Source: Spirochaetaceae bacterium
GTDB lineage: Bacteria; Spirochaetota; Spirochaetia; DSM-2461
Direction: 5' to 3'
NCBI GenBank assembly: GCA_051531975.1
Contig: JAOPTT010000008.1
Coordinates: 1-64,000, forward strand
Length of the DNA: 64,000 nucleotides
The notes beneath the pieces are model-generated. The model was not told the DNA's origin. It searched no databases and worked only from the letters and a program-made list of their open reading frames with translations. Of the stretch, positions 40,886 to 50,610 are shown piece by piece (position 1 is the first letter of the stretch; each line of letters opens with the position of its first letter). A program made the translations under genes and the position numbers.

Positions 40886-41131
40886 ATGACTACGATAAGA
40901 TTAAATGATGATTTAAATAATAAATTACTAACTTTAAAAACTTTAGAACATACTACTAAAACAGAAATTATAAAGAAAGCTATTGCAGAATATTATGTAC
41001 ATCATGTAAAAGAGAAAACTCCATATGAATTAGGTGAAGATTTATTTGGTAAGTTTGGTGATAGTCAGGATCTTTCAACAGATTATAAATCAAAACTAAA
41101 AAGGAAACTACATGAAAAACACTCTCATTGA
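40886..41131 (+). CDS. Ribbon-helix-helix (CopG-like) antitoxin
   Basis: MTTIRLNDDL..TKTEIIKKAI; overlaps the PIN gene; ATG 40886 with GAGG RBS. Confidence 0.8.
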   Translation: MTTIRLNDDLNNKLLTLKTLEHTTKTEIIKKAIAEYYVHHVKEKTPYELGEDLFGKFGDSQDLSTDYKSKLKRKLHEKHSH

Positions 41132-41531
41132 TGCAGGACCTTTGATAGCACTATTCAATAAAAATGATAAATATCATAAACAAATAAAAGAATTTATTAA
41201 AAACTATAATGGGTCATTAATAACAACTTGGCCTGTTCTTACAGAAGTTTCACATATGTTAGATTTTAATATAAAGACACAAATAGATTTCCTTACTTGG
41301 GTACAACTTGGTGCTGTAAGTATTGAAGATATTGATAACTCAGATATATTAAGAATAATTGAATTATCAAAAAAATATTCTAATGTCCCAATGGATTTAG
41401 CAGATGCATCACTCGTAGTTTTATCTGAAAATTTAAATATAAAAGAGATTATAACAATTGATTCAGATTATTATATTTATAGAACCATTGATAAAGAAAT
41501 GATCGAAAATATATTCAAGTATGAAAAATAA
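41112..41531 (+). CDS. vapC: PIN-domain (VapC-like) toxin
   Basis: LIDAGPLIAL, VLTE, MDLADASLV, ITIDSDY. Confidence 0.88.
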   Translation: MKNTLIDAGPLIALFNKNDKYHKQIKEFIKNYNGSLITTWPVLTEVSHMLDFNIKTQIDFLTWVQLGAVSIEDIDNSDILRIIELSKKYSNVPMDLADASLVVLSENLNIKEIITIDSDYYIYRTIDKEMIENIFKYEK

Positions 41532-42108
41532 TATATATGTGGGCATAACAAACAAATTTGCAGATCAGCTAGGAATTAAGAAATTAAATAATATAGATAT
41601 ATACTCTCCAACAATCAATATGTGGCATGCATCTTTAAAATATTTAAATAGAAAGAAATGTATCATATTTATGAATGACTTAACTAGATATTCATTTTTT
41701 CTTTATGGAATAAAAAAGAAGGATTTAGAACATCTTGATGATATATTTTATGACTCATTAATAGATAATTTAAGATATGAAGACTTTTCTCATGAAGAGA
41801 TTATAGCACTGGTTGATCCTCCAGGTGATATAGAATTAATTAAAACAAACAATAGAAGCGTAAATGGAAGTATTACTCAGTTTTTTAAAGATCTAGAGTA
41901 CTACTTTTGTGACAATATGAATAAGTACATTGAATTTGATGGGCAAATGAATTTAAGAATTTTAAATAAAAGATTAAATGACACACCACTTTGTTGCTCT
42001 GATAAAGGTTTCTTTCCTACTGAAAGAATGAAAGAAGAATTAATAAAAATGGTAAAAGATAACAAAAAGTTGGAAATGAAAATTCACGCAAATATTAAGC
42101 GTGATTAA
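41521..42108 (+). CDS. Hypothetical protein (DUF6933-like)
   Basis: WHA..LNRKKCIIFMNDLTRYS and KTNNRSVNGSI motifs; 3' end reads into the eroded attC6. Confidence 0.55.
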   Translation: MKNNIYVGITNKFADQLGIKKLNNIDIYSPTINMWHASLKYLNRKKCIIFMNDLTRYSFFLYGIKKKDLEHLDDIFYDSLIDNLRYEDFSHEEIIALVDPPGDIELIKTNNRSVNGSITQFFKDLEYYFCDNMNKYIEFDGQMNLRILNKRLNDTPLCCSDKGFFPTERMKEELIKMVKDNKKLEMKIHANIKRD

Positions 42109-42129
42109 TTATGAAAAACGGTGTAAAAT
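42057..42129 (+). repeat. attC: Eroded attC site 6
   Basis: AGATAAC-AAAAAGTTGGAAATGAAAATT left arm, CACGC/GCGTG hairpin, right core mutated to GTAAAAT. Confidence 0.55.
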
Positions 42130-42138
42130 TTCAAAATA

Positions 42139-42633
42139 ATGAAAAATGAAATAAATTTAAATAATAAAAACGAAATTAAAGTTGAAATTAAAGTCTTAGA
42201 ATCAAATGAAGATGCACCTCTAGATTTATTACTACTTGCTGATCCATCAGAAGTATTATTAAAAAAATACCTACAAACTGGTAAATGCTTCATTGCATTC
42301 ATAGGAAATTTAACAGTTGGTGTAATACTTATTATGGAAACCAAATTAGGTTTTGTAGAAGTAATGAACCTAGCAGTAATGCAGGAATATCAAAATCATG
42401 GAATAGGTAAAAAACTTTTATTACATACAATCAATGAAATAAAAAAAGGTAATGCAAAACATATTGAAATAGGAACTGGGAATCCAGGAGTAATACAAAT
42501 GTTACTTTATCAGAAATGTGGATTTAGAATTATAGACATTGATTTTGATTTCTTTAGACGAAATTATCCTGAGAGAATTTATGAAAATGGTATTGAGTGT
42601 CGTGATATGATTAGAATGCGAATTGACATATAA
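42139..42633 (+). CDS. GNAT N-acetyltransferase (YvbK-like)
   Basis: LDLLLLADPS, YQNHGIGKKL, LYQKCGFRI. Confidence 0.88.
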   Translation: MKNEINLNNKNEIKVEIKVLESNEDAPLDLLLLADPSEVLLKKYLQTGKCFIAFIGNLTVGVILIMETKLGFVEVMNLAVMQEYQNHGIGKKLLLHTINEIKKGNAKHIEIGTGNPGVIQMLLYQKCGFRIIDIDFDFFRRNYPERIYENGIECRDMIRMRIDI

Positions 42634-42684
42634 AAAATAAAAGAATCTAATTAAAATTATACAGAAAATTAATTAGGAGATTTT

Positions 42685-43225
42685 ATGCTCAACTTTAAAA
42701 ATACAATTTCAATAATTACAGGAGCTGCTTCAGGTTTAGGATTGGGACTTTCAAAAGAAATAATAGAAAGAGATGGAACTGTTATTTAAATTGATATAGA
42801 TAAAGTCCGTTTAAATACAGTTAGTAGAGAATTAAATAAATCTAAACATGAAAAAACAAAAACATGGATTTATTGTCAATACATCTTCAATAGCTGGACT
42901 AATACCATTTAAAGGACAGTCTTTATATAATACCACAAAGTTTGCAGTATCTGGGCTTTCATTAACGCTAGAAAAAGAATTTAAAGAACATTATATTGAT
43001 ATCTCAATTATTTGTCCGGAATTGTAAATACTCGTATATTTTATAAACCAATTATTGGAGAAGAAGCTTCTGATGAATATGTACAAATTCCAAAGGAAGC
43101 AATCTCTGTTGAAATAGCTATATATGATATAATGAAGGGCCTTAATAAAAAATAAAAAGATAATAATCACACCCAGTTTTTTAAAATATTTCTTTCTTAA
43201 ATATAGAATATTTGGAAATAAATAA
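42685..43225 (+). pseudogene. Short-chain dehydrogenase pseudogene
   Basis: IITGAASGLG then TAA at 42787; other frame gives IVNTSSIAG..YNTTKFAV; internal deletion and frameshifts. Confidence 0.8.
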
Positions 43226-43261
43226 ATTAATCTCTAGTTTAATTAAGTTGTAAGATGCGGA

Positions 43262-43307
43262 ATTTAACAAAACATTGGAACGGCAAATCTTTTTGTCATA
43301 GACTGTC
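43262..43307 (+). repeat. attC: Truncated attC (left half only)
   Basis: ATTTAACAAAACATTGGAACGGCAAATCTTTTTGTCA matches the attC1-3 left arm; no right arm. Confidence 0.7.
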
Positions 43308-43385
43308 TAAGAAATCAATGCTTATCTTAAATGAAACAAATCCTACCCATAGATTTTAGCTCCATGAATAGAATTTTAGGCTAGT

Positions 43386-44558
43386 TTAATTCCAAATATA
43401 TGCTTTTTTATTACTACCAAAGAACATCTGTTCCCAAAGCCCCTCTTTTTCTATTACTTGAGTTTTTCCATCTTCCTCAACTGTTAGTCTAACATCACCT
43501 AATATTCTTAAATAAGTTGGATTTGCTCCCACAAGTTTAGCTAATGTTCTTTTTGCTGCTGATAGGCCTTCTAAAAAGCTATGATTTACAATATCTTGTT
43601 GTCTCATCATCTCAACTGTATAAGTTGTCCCATCATCTAACTTTTGAATATATGTAATATTATTATCATAAAACTTCCCAGTTCCTGGATGCTCAATTGT
43701 ATTAAACCTTTTAATTTCGGTTTTGCTTTGATCATCAGATATAATCTCGCCATCTTTAGCTATCATAATTACAGGTAATCTTGTAAATCCACTATCTTCT
43801 TCCGATATAATATCACAAGCAATAATATCATAAGCTCCAACTTTTGCTCTACCCCAGTACCAGTGATTGATAACCTTATCCATAGAAATATTACCCCAGT
43901 TATGATCGTGATACCCGGTACCTTCTAAATGCTGTTCTACTCCATTTACAGTTAATGTACCTGTTATTTCTGATGAAGGTTGTGCTACAAACCATGCAAA
44001 ATAATCTGTATCATTTGAAAAATACCAGTGCCCAGTATCTGGTCTCCACATTGGAAGTTTTGATTCCATTATTACATCATATTCAATAGCATCGTCTTTA
44101 TAATATAAGTGATAATCACCATCTACATACTTTAAAAAAGAATCTTTAATTTGAACATTTGCTAGATCTCTAGATGCAGTAATTATAGTTCCATCTGACT
44201 CATTGACTTTTCCTAACACCTTTTCACCATTTGGTTTTGTTACATCGATTGTTGCTGTAGGTCTTGCAGCTCCTGGTACATCAAAACCATCTTTTGTATA
44301 AAATGTAACTACAATAGTTGTACCATCATGAAACTCTGCATCGATATACCACCACTCATAAGAACCAGACTTACCATCGGTTCTCATTCCATCTTCCCAA
44401 ATTTCAGTAGTACCATCTTTAATACCTAATTCTCTGTATTTTTCAACCGAGTTTTCTAACCGCGCTTTTTGGTAATCTCCACCGTCTTTAGGTGCCGACG
44501 TACATGAAGCAAATATAGATATTGCTCCTAACAAAATAATTATTTTATTTAGTGTCAT
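43386..44558 (-). CDS. Lipoprotein with AttH/CrtC-like lipocalin domain
   Basis: IFASC lipobox; YEWWYIDA, GTGYHDHNWG, WYWGR motifs. Confidence 0.75.
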   Translation of the reverse strand: MTLNKIIILLGAISIFASCTSAPKDGGDYQKARLENSVEKYRELGIKDGTTEIWEDGMRTDGKSGSYEWWYIDAEFHDGTTIVVTFYTKDGFDVPGAARPTATIDVTKPNGEKVLGKVNESDGTIITASRDLANVQIKDSFLKYVDGDYHLYYKDDAIEYDVIMESKLPMWRPDTGHWYFSNDTDYFAWFVAQPSSEITGTLTVNGVEQHLEGTGYHDHNWGNISMDKVINHWYWGRAKVGAYDIIACDIISEEDSGFTRLPVIMIAKDGEIISDDQSKTEIKRFNTIEHPGTGKFYDNNITYIQKLDDGTTYTVEMMRQQDIVNHSFLEGLSAAKRTLAKLVGANPTYLRILGDVRLTVEEDGKTQVIEKEGLWEQMFFGSNKKAYIWN

Positions 44559-44712
44559 AATTTTCTCTCCTTAGAGTTAATGAATCATATGCTAACAATG
44601 ATACACTTGTCTCTTTTTACTGGTTAGAATATATTAAACTAAATAAATGATGTCTAACTAAATATCTAAAATGATACATATTCACTTATTTGTATCAAAA
44701 AAGAGGTTGGTA

Positions 44713-45267
44713 ATGGAAATAATTGATTATAAGAAAGTTGGGATTACAAGAACACAAAGTTTGATTATAAATTCAATCATTAAGCTTTTACAAACATATT
44801 CTTTTGATGAAATAACGATTTCAGAGATTTGTGAAAAAGCCAATGTCGCCAGAGCCACATTTTATAGGAATTTTGATTCAAAAGATGCTGTAATTTGTTT
44901 ATATATAGATACTTTGGTATATGACTATTTTAATAAATTAACAGAATATGCATATGTAGATTTTGAATTAACAGCTAAAAACTATTTTGAATATTGGTAT
45001 CATGAACAAGAAATACTAATAATTTTAGAGAAAAATAATCTAACCAATATTCTTTTAAATAAATATTCTATAGTTGAGGATTATCTTTGTGAAATAGGTT
45101 TAAGTAATATAGATGGATTATCAGATAATGACATCTATTATTTTTATTCATTTCATTTTGCAGGGTTATGGAGATTAGTGTTTTTATGGGCACAACATAA
45201 TTTTAAAGAGAGTCCACAGGATATGACCGATACATATCTTAGAATACAAAAGCTTTCAAGAATTTAA
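44713..45267 (+). CDS. TetR/AcrR family regulator
   Basis: FDEITISEICEKANVARATFYRNF HTH; ATG 44713 after GAGG. Confidence 0.9.
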   Translation: MEIIDYKKVGITRTQSLIINSIIKLLQTYSFDEITISEICEKANVARATFYRNFDSKDAVICLYIDTLVYDYFNKLTEYAYVDFELTAKNYFEYWYHEQEILIILEKNNLTNILLNKYSIVEDYLCEIGLSNIDGLSDNDIYYFYSFHFAGLWRLVFLWAQHNFKESPQDMTDTYLRIQKLSRI

Positions 45268-45318
45268 TGTATGATTTAATAAAATGTATGATTGTAAATT
45301 GTTCTAGTTAAGTTTGAA

Positions 45319-45378
45319 AGTTAACAAAAAATTGGAACAGACTTCACCTTTATCACAACTCTTGCAGAGAAAAAAGGT
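45319..45378 (+). repeat. attC: Truncated attC (left half only)
   Basis: AGTTAACAAAAAATTGGAAC..TCACAACTCTTGCAGAGAAAAAAG resembles the attC1 left arm and hairpin start. Confidence 0.55.
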
Positions 45379-45601
45379 AAATATTTATACGACAAAAAAA
45401 TATGGTTAACTTAAAAATTATATTAAAAACAATTATAAAGTATTTTACTATTTATGTAGAGTTAATTAGACTACGAATGAATCAACTGATAGATTAAATG
45501 GAAAAATTTTAAAAGTACTAATGGATAGGTTACAGTAATTAGGACAGATTTTACCCGACACATAATATATTAATCATTATATAATATGAGAGAGGTTTAT
45601 A

Positions 45602-45904
45602 ATGTCAAACAAGAAGGGTAAAAATCCTAATATGTCTAAGAGATATACAGATGAATTTAAAAAGCAGATAGTTGAATTATCAGAGAATGGTAAAACCATA
45701 ACAGAGATTGTTAATGAGTATAATATTGCTAGGTCATCAGTATGTAAATGGGTAAATGAGAATAAAACAACTGGATCATTTAAAGCAAAAGATAACCGGT
45801 CTGAAAAAGAAAATGAATTGATAACACTCAGGAAAAGAAATGCTGAATTGTTGATGGAGAACGATATTTTAAAGCAAGCGGCGCTAATAATGGGACGAAA
45901 GTAG
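45602..45904 (+). CDS. IS3 OrfA (HTH)
   Basis: RYTDEFKKQIVEL, ENDILKQAA; ends CGA AAG TAG. Confidence 0.88.
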   Translation: MSNKKGKNPNMSKRYTDEFKKQIVELSENGKTITEIVNEYNIARSSVCKWVNENKTTGSFKAKDNRSEKENELITLRKRNAELLMENDILKQAALIMGRK

Positions 45905-46743
45905 CAATAATTAAATCTAACTCTTCAAAATACAGTATTAGCGCCATGTGTAAATTATTAAATATAAATTGAAGTCTTTTATATTACTCAAAGACTTCCA
46001 GGGTTGTTCCTTCAGAAATAGATGATGAAGTTATTATAATTTTTAAGAAGAGTAGAAATAACTATGGAGCACGTAAAATTAAAATAGAGCTTGATAAAAC
46101 ACAATATAAAGCTTCTAGGAGGAAAATACGGCGTATAATGGACAAATATGGCTTAGTTTCAAGCTATACTGTTAAGCAGTTTAAGGTCGTTAAGTCTAAA
46201 TGTAATAATGAAAAAATTGATAATATTGTAGATCGAGACTTTAATCGTGATAAACAGCTAGATGTTGTTGTAAGTGATCTTACATATGTTAATGTAGCAG
46301 GAAAGTGGAATTCTATATGTATAATATTAGATCTCTTTAACAGAGAGATAATTGGATATTCAGCAGGTAAGAAGAGAGATGCTTTTTTGGTATATCAAGC
46401 TTTTACAAAAATAAAAAAGCCATTAGATCAGTTCAATATTTTCCATACAGATAGAGGTAATGAGTTTAAGAATAAAGTTATAGATGATCTTTTAGAGACA
46501 TTTGATGTAACAAGGTCTTTAAGTAGAATGGGATCTCCACATGATAATGCTGTGGCAGAAGCTACATTTAAAGTTATTAAAACAGAGTTTGTTTATCAAA
46601 ATAAATTTGAAAGTCTTGATGAATTGAAACTGGAGTTATTTGATTATGTTAATTGGTATAATAATTGTAGAATTCATGGTTCGTTAGATTATTTAACACC
46701 AGTTGAATATAGATTGAGGGTGTCCGATAAAAAACTGTCTTAA
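45901..46743 (+). pseudogene. IS3 OrfB (DDE) with in-frame stop
   Basis: -1 frame reads KYSISAMCKLLNIN*SLLYY (TGA 45970-45972), then YGARKI, SDLTY, HTDRG, DNAVAE. Confidence 0.85.
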
Positions 46744-47015
46744 AAAGGGTTGCCTATCCAACCCTGTAGGAGTAGATTATATGTGCATTTACTATTACTT
46801 AAGTAAGACATCAAAACTTATGCTTACCATAGATTGCTATTTTAAAAGAGCCTATACTAAAAACATATATAAAATTCTTTAAATATTAACCATCTAAAAT
46901 TGTTCTTCTGAGGAATTTAAAAAAATTATATTCCCTAGGTAAGAATAATACGTATACTTATATACAGTAATATAGAGTAAGTATTGTGAAAAATAAAATA
47001 TTAGAAGAAGGTTTT

Positions 47016-47372
47016 ATGACAAAAAATAGAGTTTATACTATGAGTTTTGCAAGCATTTATCCTCTTTATATTGCTAAGGTTGAGAAAAAAGGACGTACAA
47101 AATCTGAAGTTGATAAAATAATATATTGGCTCATGGGTTATAGTAAGAAAGAGTTAGAAGTACACTTAAAAAAAGAGACAGACTTTGAGACTTTCATTTT
47201 ACAAAGTCCACAATTAAATCCTTCGAGAACTCTGATAAAAGGTGTCGTATGCGGTATCAGAGTTGAAGAAATAGATGATCCTATAATGCAGGAAATCCGC
47301 TACTTGGATAAACTTATCGATGAGTTGTCTAAGGGTAAAGCCATGCAAAAGATCCTTCGGAGTCACTCCTAG
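47016..47372 (+). CDS. DUF2200 family protein
   Basis: [41 protein letters not shown]. Confidence 0.85.
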   Translation: MTKNRVYTMSFASIYPLYIAKVEKKGRTKSEVDKIIYWLMGYSKKELEVHLKKETDFETFILQSPQLNPSRTLIKGVVCGIRVEEIDDPIMQEIRYLDKLIDELSKGKAMQKILRSHS

Positions 47373-47516
47373 TAAATCTTTTTGATCATAATTTCTAACC
47401 CTATAATTTAATCGACTCAGTGTTTTCTTAATTTTATTAGGAATAACTAACCAATCATTATCAATATTAATTGATTTAAATTGACAGAAACATTAGAACT
47501 GTTAATAATTAGTATT

Positions 47517-48140
47517 ATGAATACAAATGTAGATACATATTTTACCGAAGGATGTGGACGTTGCCCTATGGGTGGAACACCACAATGTAAAGTTCATAGA
47601 TGGTCAAAAGAACTAGAAGTATTAAGAAAAATCATTCTAGCATGTGGTTTGACTGAAGAATCTAAATGGGGTCAACCATGCTATACTTTAGGGAAAAGTA
47701 ATGTCCTATTACTGAGTGCTTTTAAAGAATATTGTGCAATTAGTTTTTTTAAAGGTGTATTACTAAAAGATCCAAAAAGTATATTAGTTCAACAAACCAA
47801 TAACGTACAGTCTTCACGTCAGATAAGAATTACCAATATACAAGAAGTAAATACACAAAAATCTAATATAATAAATTGTATTTATGAAGCTATTGAAATA
47901 GAGAAATCAGGAATGAAAGTTGTTAAAAAGAAGATATCAGAAATTATAATACCTGAAGAATTTCAAAATGTATTAAATAGTGATTCTGTTATAAAAGATT
48001 CCTTTGAAGCTTTAACTCCTGGAAGACAAAAAGGGTACTTATTATTCTTTTCTCAACCAAAACAGTCAAAAACAAGAGTTTCAAGAATCGAAAAAAGTAT
48101 TCCAAAGATTCTAGATGGTTTAGGATTGAATGATAGATAG
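47517..48140 (+). CDS. YdeI/OmpD-associated (DUF1801) protein
   Basis: KWGQPCY, FFKGVLLKDP, FEALTPGRQKGY. Confidence 0.85.
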   Translation: MNTNVDTYFTEGCGRCPMGGTPQCKVHRWSKELEVLRKIILACGLTEESKWGQPCYTLGKSNVLLLSAFKEYCAISFFKGVLLKDPKSILVQQTNNVQSSRQIRITNIQEVNTQKSNIINCIYEAIEIEKSGMKVVKKKISEIIIPEEFQNVLNSDSVIKDSFEALTPGRQKGYLLFFSQPKQSKTRVSRIEKSIPKILDGLGLNDR

Positions 48141-48187
48141 AATTAATTATTAAAAAATATCGACTAATTTGTTTTTAGTATTTCAAT

Positions 48188-48850
48188 TTAAATGGATATA
48201 TTTATTTTAATTGTGTCTAATTTTTTGTTATGTCTATTTATTATTGTTCTTAATTTCTTTACCTGAGAATCACTTAATGATGATACTTTTTTATTAAGAA
48301 TAGTTTCAAATTTTAATGATTCCTCTTCACTTTCTAAAACAGGAAGCATTAGTTCAACCCTTTTTCCAAGGTCCACTGGTCTGCACATATTAAGATAGTC
48401 AAATAGCATAGGCATTAATTTAAATTTGTAATTAACATCTTCTAAACAAAGTTTAATTAATACATTGATACCGTGGATTTGAGTAATCAATGTACCTTTT
48501 TCTATAACATCTAGTAGGTAATCAATTTTAGAGAAAATCAGTTCAGATTTAATATTCGTTATAGTTGATAGAGCTATCATTCCACCCCAAACTAACCTAT
48601 TTATTTTAGATCCTAGTAAATCTATAAACAGATTTACATATGAAGATATAAGAGTTGGTTCTAAATATCCAACATTATATAAAACTGCGATACAGTCACT
48701 GGATATAGATTTGTTTTTATCATAAATGTATTCAGAGATCTCTCTAATACCACTAATACTATTTGAGTCTACAAGCTGTTTTGCTAATTCTTTATTTGGT
48801 TCTTCACCTCTTATATTTCTGTTAAAAGCAATATAATCTATCCATTCCAT
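48188..48850 (-). CDS. Hypothetical helical-repeat protein
   Basis: EEPNKELA, NRLVWGGMIAL; HEAT-like character. Confidence 0.6.
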   Translation of the reverse strand: MEWIDYIAFNRNIRGEEPNKELAKQLVDSNSISGIREISEYIYDKNKSISSDCIAVLYNVGYLEPTLISSYVNLFIDLLGSKINRLVWGGMIALSTITNIKSELIFSKIDYLLDVIEKGTLITQIHGINVLIKLCLEDVNYKFKLMPMLFDYLNMCRPVDLGKRVELMLPVLESEEESLKFETILNKKVSSLSDSQVKKLRTIINRHNKKLDTIKINISI

Positions 48851-48947
48851 TGTTATATTTTAACTTATCATTTGTTTCTGCTCAATAACAATTATATGTT
48901 TCCTATTAATACAAATTATGTGGAGTGTTCATCAATGAACAGATATT

Positions 48948-50498
48948 CTATTTACTCGTTCTATTATAGTAGATAATTTTATCACTACCCCAGACATAAA
49001 CCTTGTTTCCATCAGGAGAAACAGCTACTTGAGAACCAACCACATCATCAGCAGAACCTGTGTAATTTCCTGGAAAACCACCTGTTTCTCCGTAACGAAT
49101 ATTGTCAGTATTCACAACCTGATAAATATTTTTTCCATCTGGAGAGATAGCAAAACCGTTATAATAATCCTCCCCCATTTTTGAACTTGTTGAGTAACCC
49201 GAGGAATGAACCTGAATTTCTCCCTGTAAATTCCTATAGAAGGCGGAAAATGGAGGAATGCCTCCTTGATCCATTATATTGTTTGCACGAAGATATAGGT
49301 AATTACCATTTGGAGACACACTCATTCGGCGAGGATTTAAAAGATAGCTATACCTCCCCCCCCACATTTGATGGGAACTTTCCAGTGTAAGATCTCCAGA
49401 TAACTCATTAAAAGAAAATTCAGCAAATCCTCTACCTCCACAAATAAATAGAAGATTCGACTCAGGAGCAATTACTAAATCCTGATAGGGCATTAATCCA
49501 TTTATCCCATCTCCTGAAGGATCAAAGGATTTAACAAAAGATATTACTCCTGTATCAAGATTACGGCTAAAAAGCAAGAAATTACTTGCATCAGGATTTT
49601 GAGAATCATAGGAAGCTCCATTTGTAAAATAGAGATAACGACCATCAGGTGTGATAACTCCATCGAGGGCGGACCCAAGGGGATAATCGTTTAAGATATT
49701 ATGAAGAAAACTCTCCTGAAAAACTAAGTCACCATTTTGATTCCGTTTAAACAGATGAATCCCACCGGGAAAATTTCCAACTGTTTGAAAAGGGACATAA
49801 ACGAAGTCACTATCAGGACTGCAGAAGAGGTTGTTAACCCGGTTAATCTTATATTCATCAGTACTACTGATATGTTGTGAAAATGAAGGTTGACCGTCAA
49901 TGCCGATATTGAATACAAAAATATCATTAAACCCTACAAGAAACAATGTAGCACCATCAGGAGAAAAGGTCATATAGCGGGCTTGAACCAAGGGATCGGT
50001 GTCTAATGTTCCCAATTCTGTTAGAAAACCTTGAGGAAGAGTTTTCTCATAGGTATAAACCCAAGCATCAGCGAGCTCTCCATCTAGTTTACAGGTAATC
50101 CTATAGGTTGCATTAAGTCCTAGAGGCAAATCTGATAGAATTAGCTCAGTTTCCTCAGTTTCCATAACATCAATAAAGACATAAGAACTGTTTCTTACTT
50201 GTAGAAGGAAGCTCAGTTTTTCCCAACTATTACCATTCGCCTCAGGGCTACCAACAACTGGGGCATCCCATTTTAGCGTTATCTCATCCATAGCTGTACG
50301 TTGTGACTGAACATTAAAAACCTTTACATTTACTTCCGGTGGAATCACATCCTCAACCGGGATGATAACATCTTCAGGTTGAGTAATGACATCTTCTAGT
50401 GGGGTATTCACATCTTCAGATGGTTCTTCAACAAGAATGTCGCATGAAAATGAAAAATAAAGGATTAATATAAATAATATACTTTTCTTAATAAACAA
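48948..50498 (-). CDS. Lipoprotein with FN3-like domain and lactonase-type beta-propeller
   Basis: FSFSC lipobox; ITLKWDAP..LPLGLNATYRI; repeated SPDG..LY blades. Confidence 0.72.
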   Translation of the reverse strand: MFIKKSILFILILYFSFSCDILVEEPSEDVNTPLEDVITQPEDVIIPVEDVIPPEVNVKVFNVQSQRTAMDEITLKWDAPVVGSPEANGNSWEKLSFLLQVRNSSYVFIDVMETEETELILSDLPLGLNATYRITCKLDGELADAWVYTYEKTLPQGFLTELGTLDTDPLVQARYMTFSPDGATLFLVGFNDIFVFNIGIDGQPSFSQHISSTDEYKINRVNNLFCSPDSDFVYVPFQTVGNFPGGIHLFKRNQNGDLVFQESFLHNILNDYPLGSALDGVITPDGRYLYFTNGASYDSQNPDASNFLLFSRNLDTGVISFVKSFDPSGDGINGLMPYQDLVIAPESNLLFICGGRGFAEFSFNELSGDLTLESSHQMWGGRYSYLLNPRRMSVSPNGNYLYLRANNIMDQGGIPPFSAFYRNLQGEIQVHSSGYSTSSKMGEDYYNGFAISPDGKNIYQVVNTDNIRYGETGGFPGNYTGSADDVVGSQVAVSPDGNKVYVWGSDKIIYYNRTSK

Positions 50499-50610
50499 TT
50501 TTGACTCCGATTTTTAATTAATCTATTTATACCACAGAATATCCTATTTACCTACAATAATTTCCATTAGAAACTAATTGAATATAAAAATAACCGGTAA
50601 TAAATTATTA

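Larger units (their letters stand above)
31741..45378. mobile_element. Chromosomal integron with cassette array (5 intact and 3 eroded attC)
   Basis: intI, attI and recurrent attC sites flanking mostly co-oriented, very AT-rich ORFs. Confidence 0.9.
45522..46760 (+). mobile_element. IS3-family insertion sequence (probably inactive)
   Basis: About 40-bp imperfect IRs TGGATAGG..GACAG..GACAC / GTGTC..CTGTC..CCTATCCA (TG...CA ends); orfA and orfB. Confidence 0.92.

Noticed and set aside
45970..45972. In-frame TGA as selenocysteine or an alternative genetic code
   Set aside because: TGA ends ordinary genes here (35958, 57256); the position suits an Arg codon mutated to stop
47393..47425. TTCTAAC-CCTATAATTTAATCGAC as another attC remnant
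   Set aside because: No right arm or GTT core and unlike the local attC family
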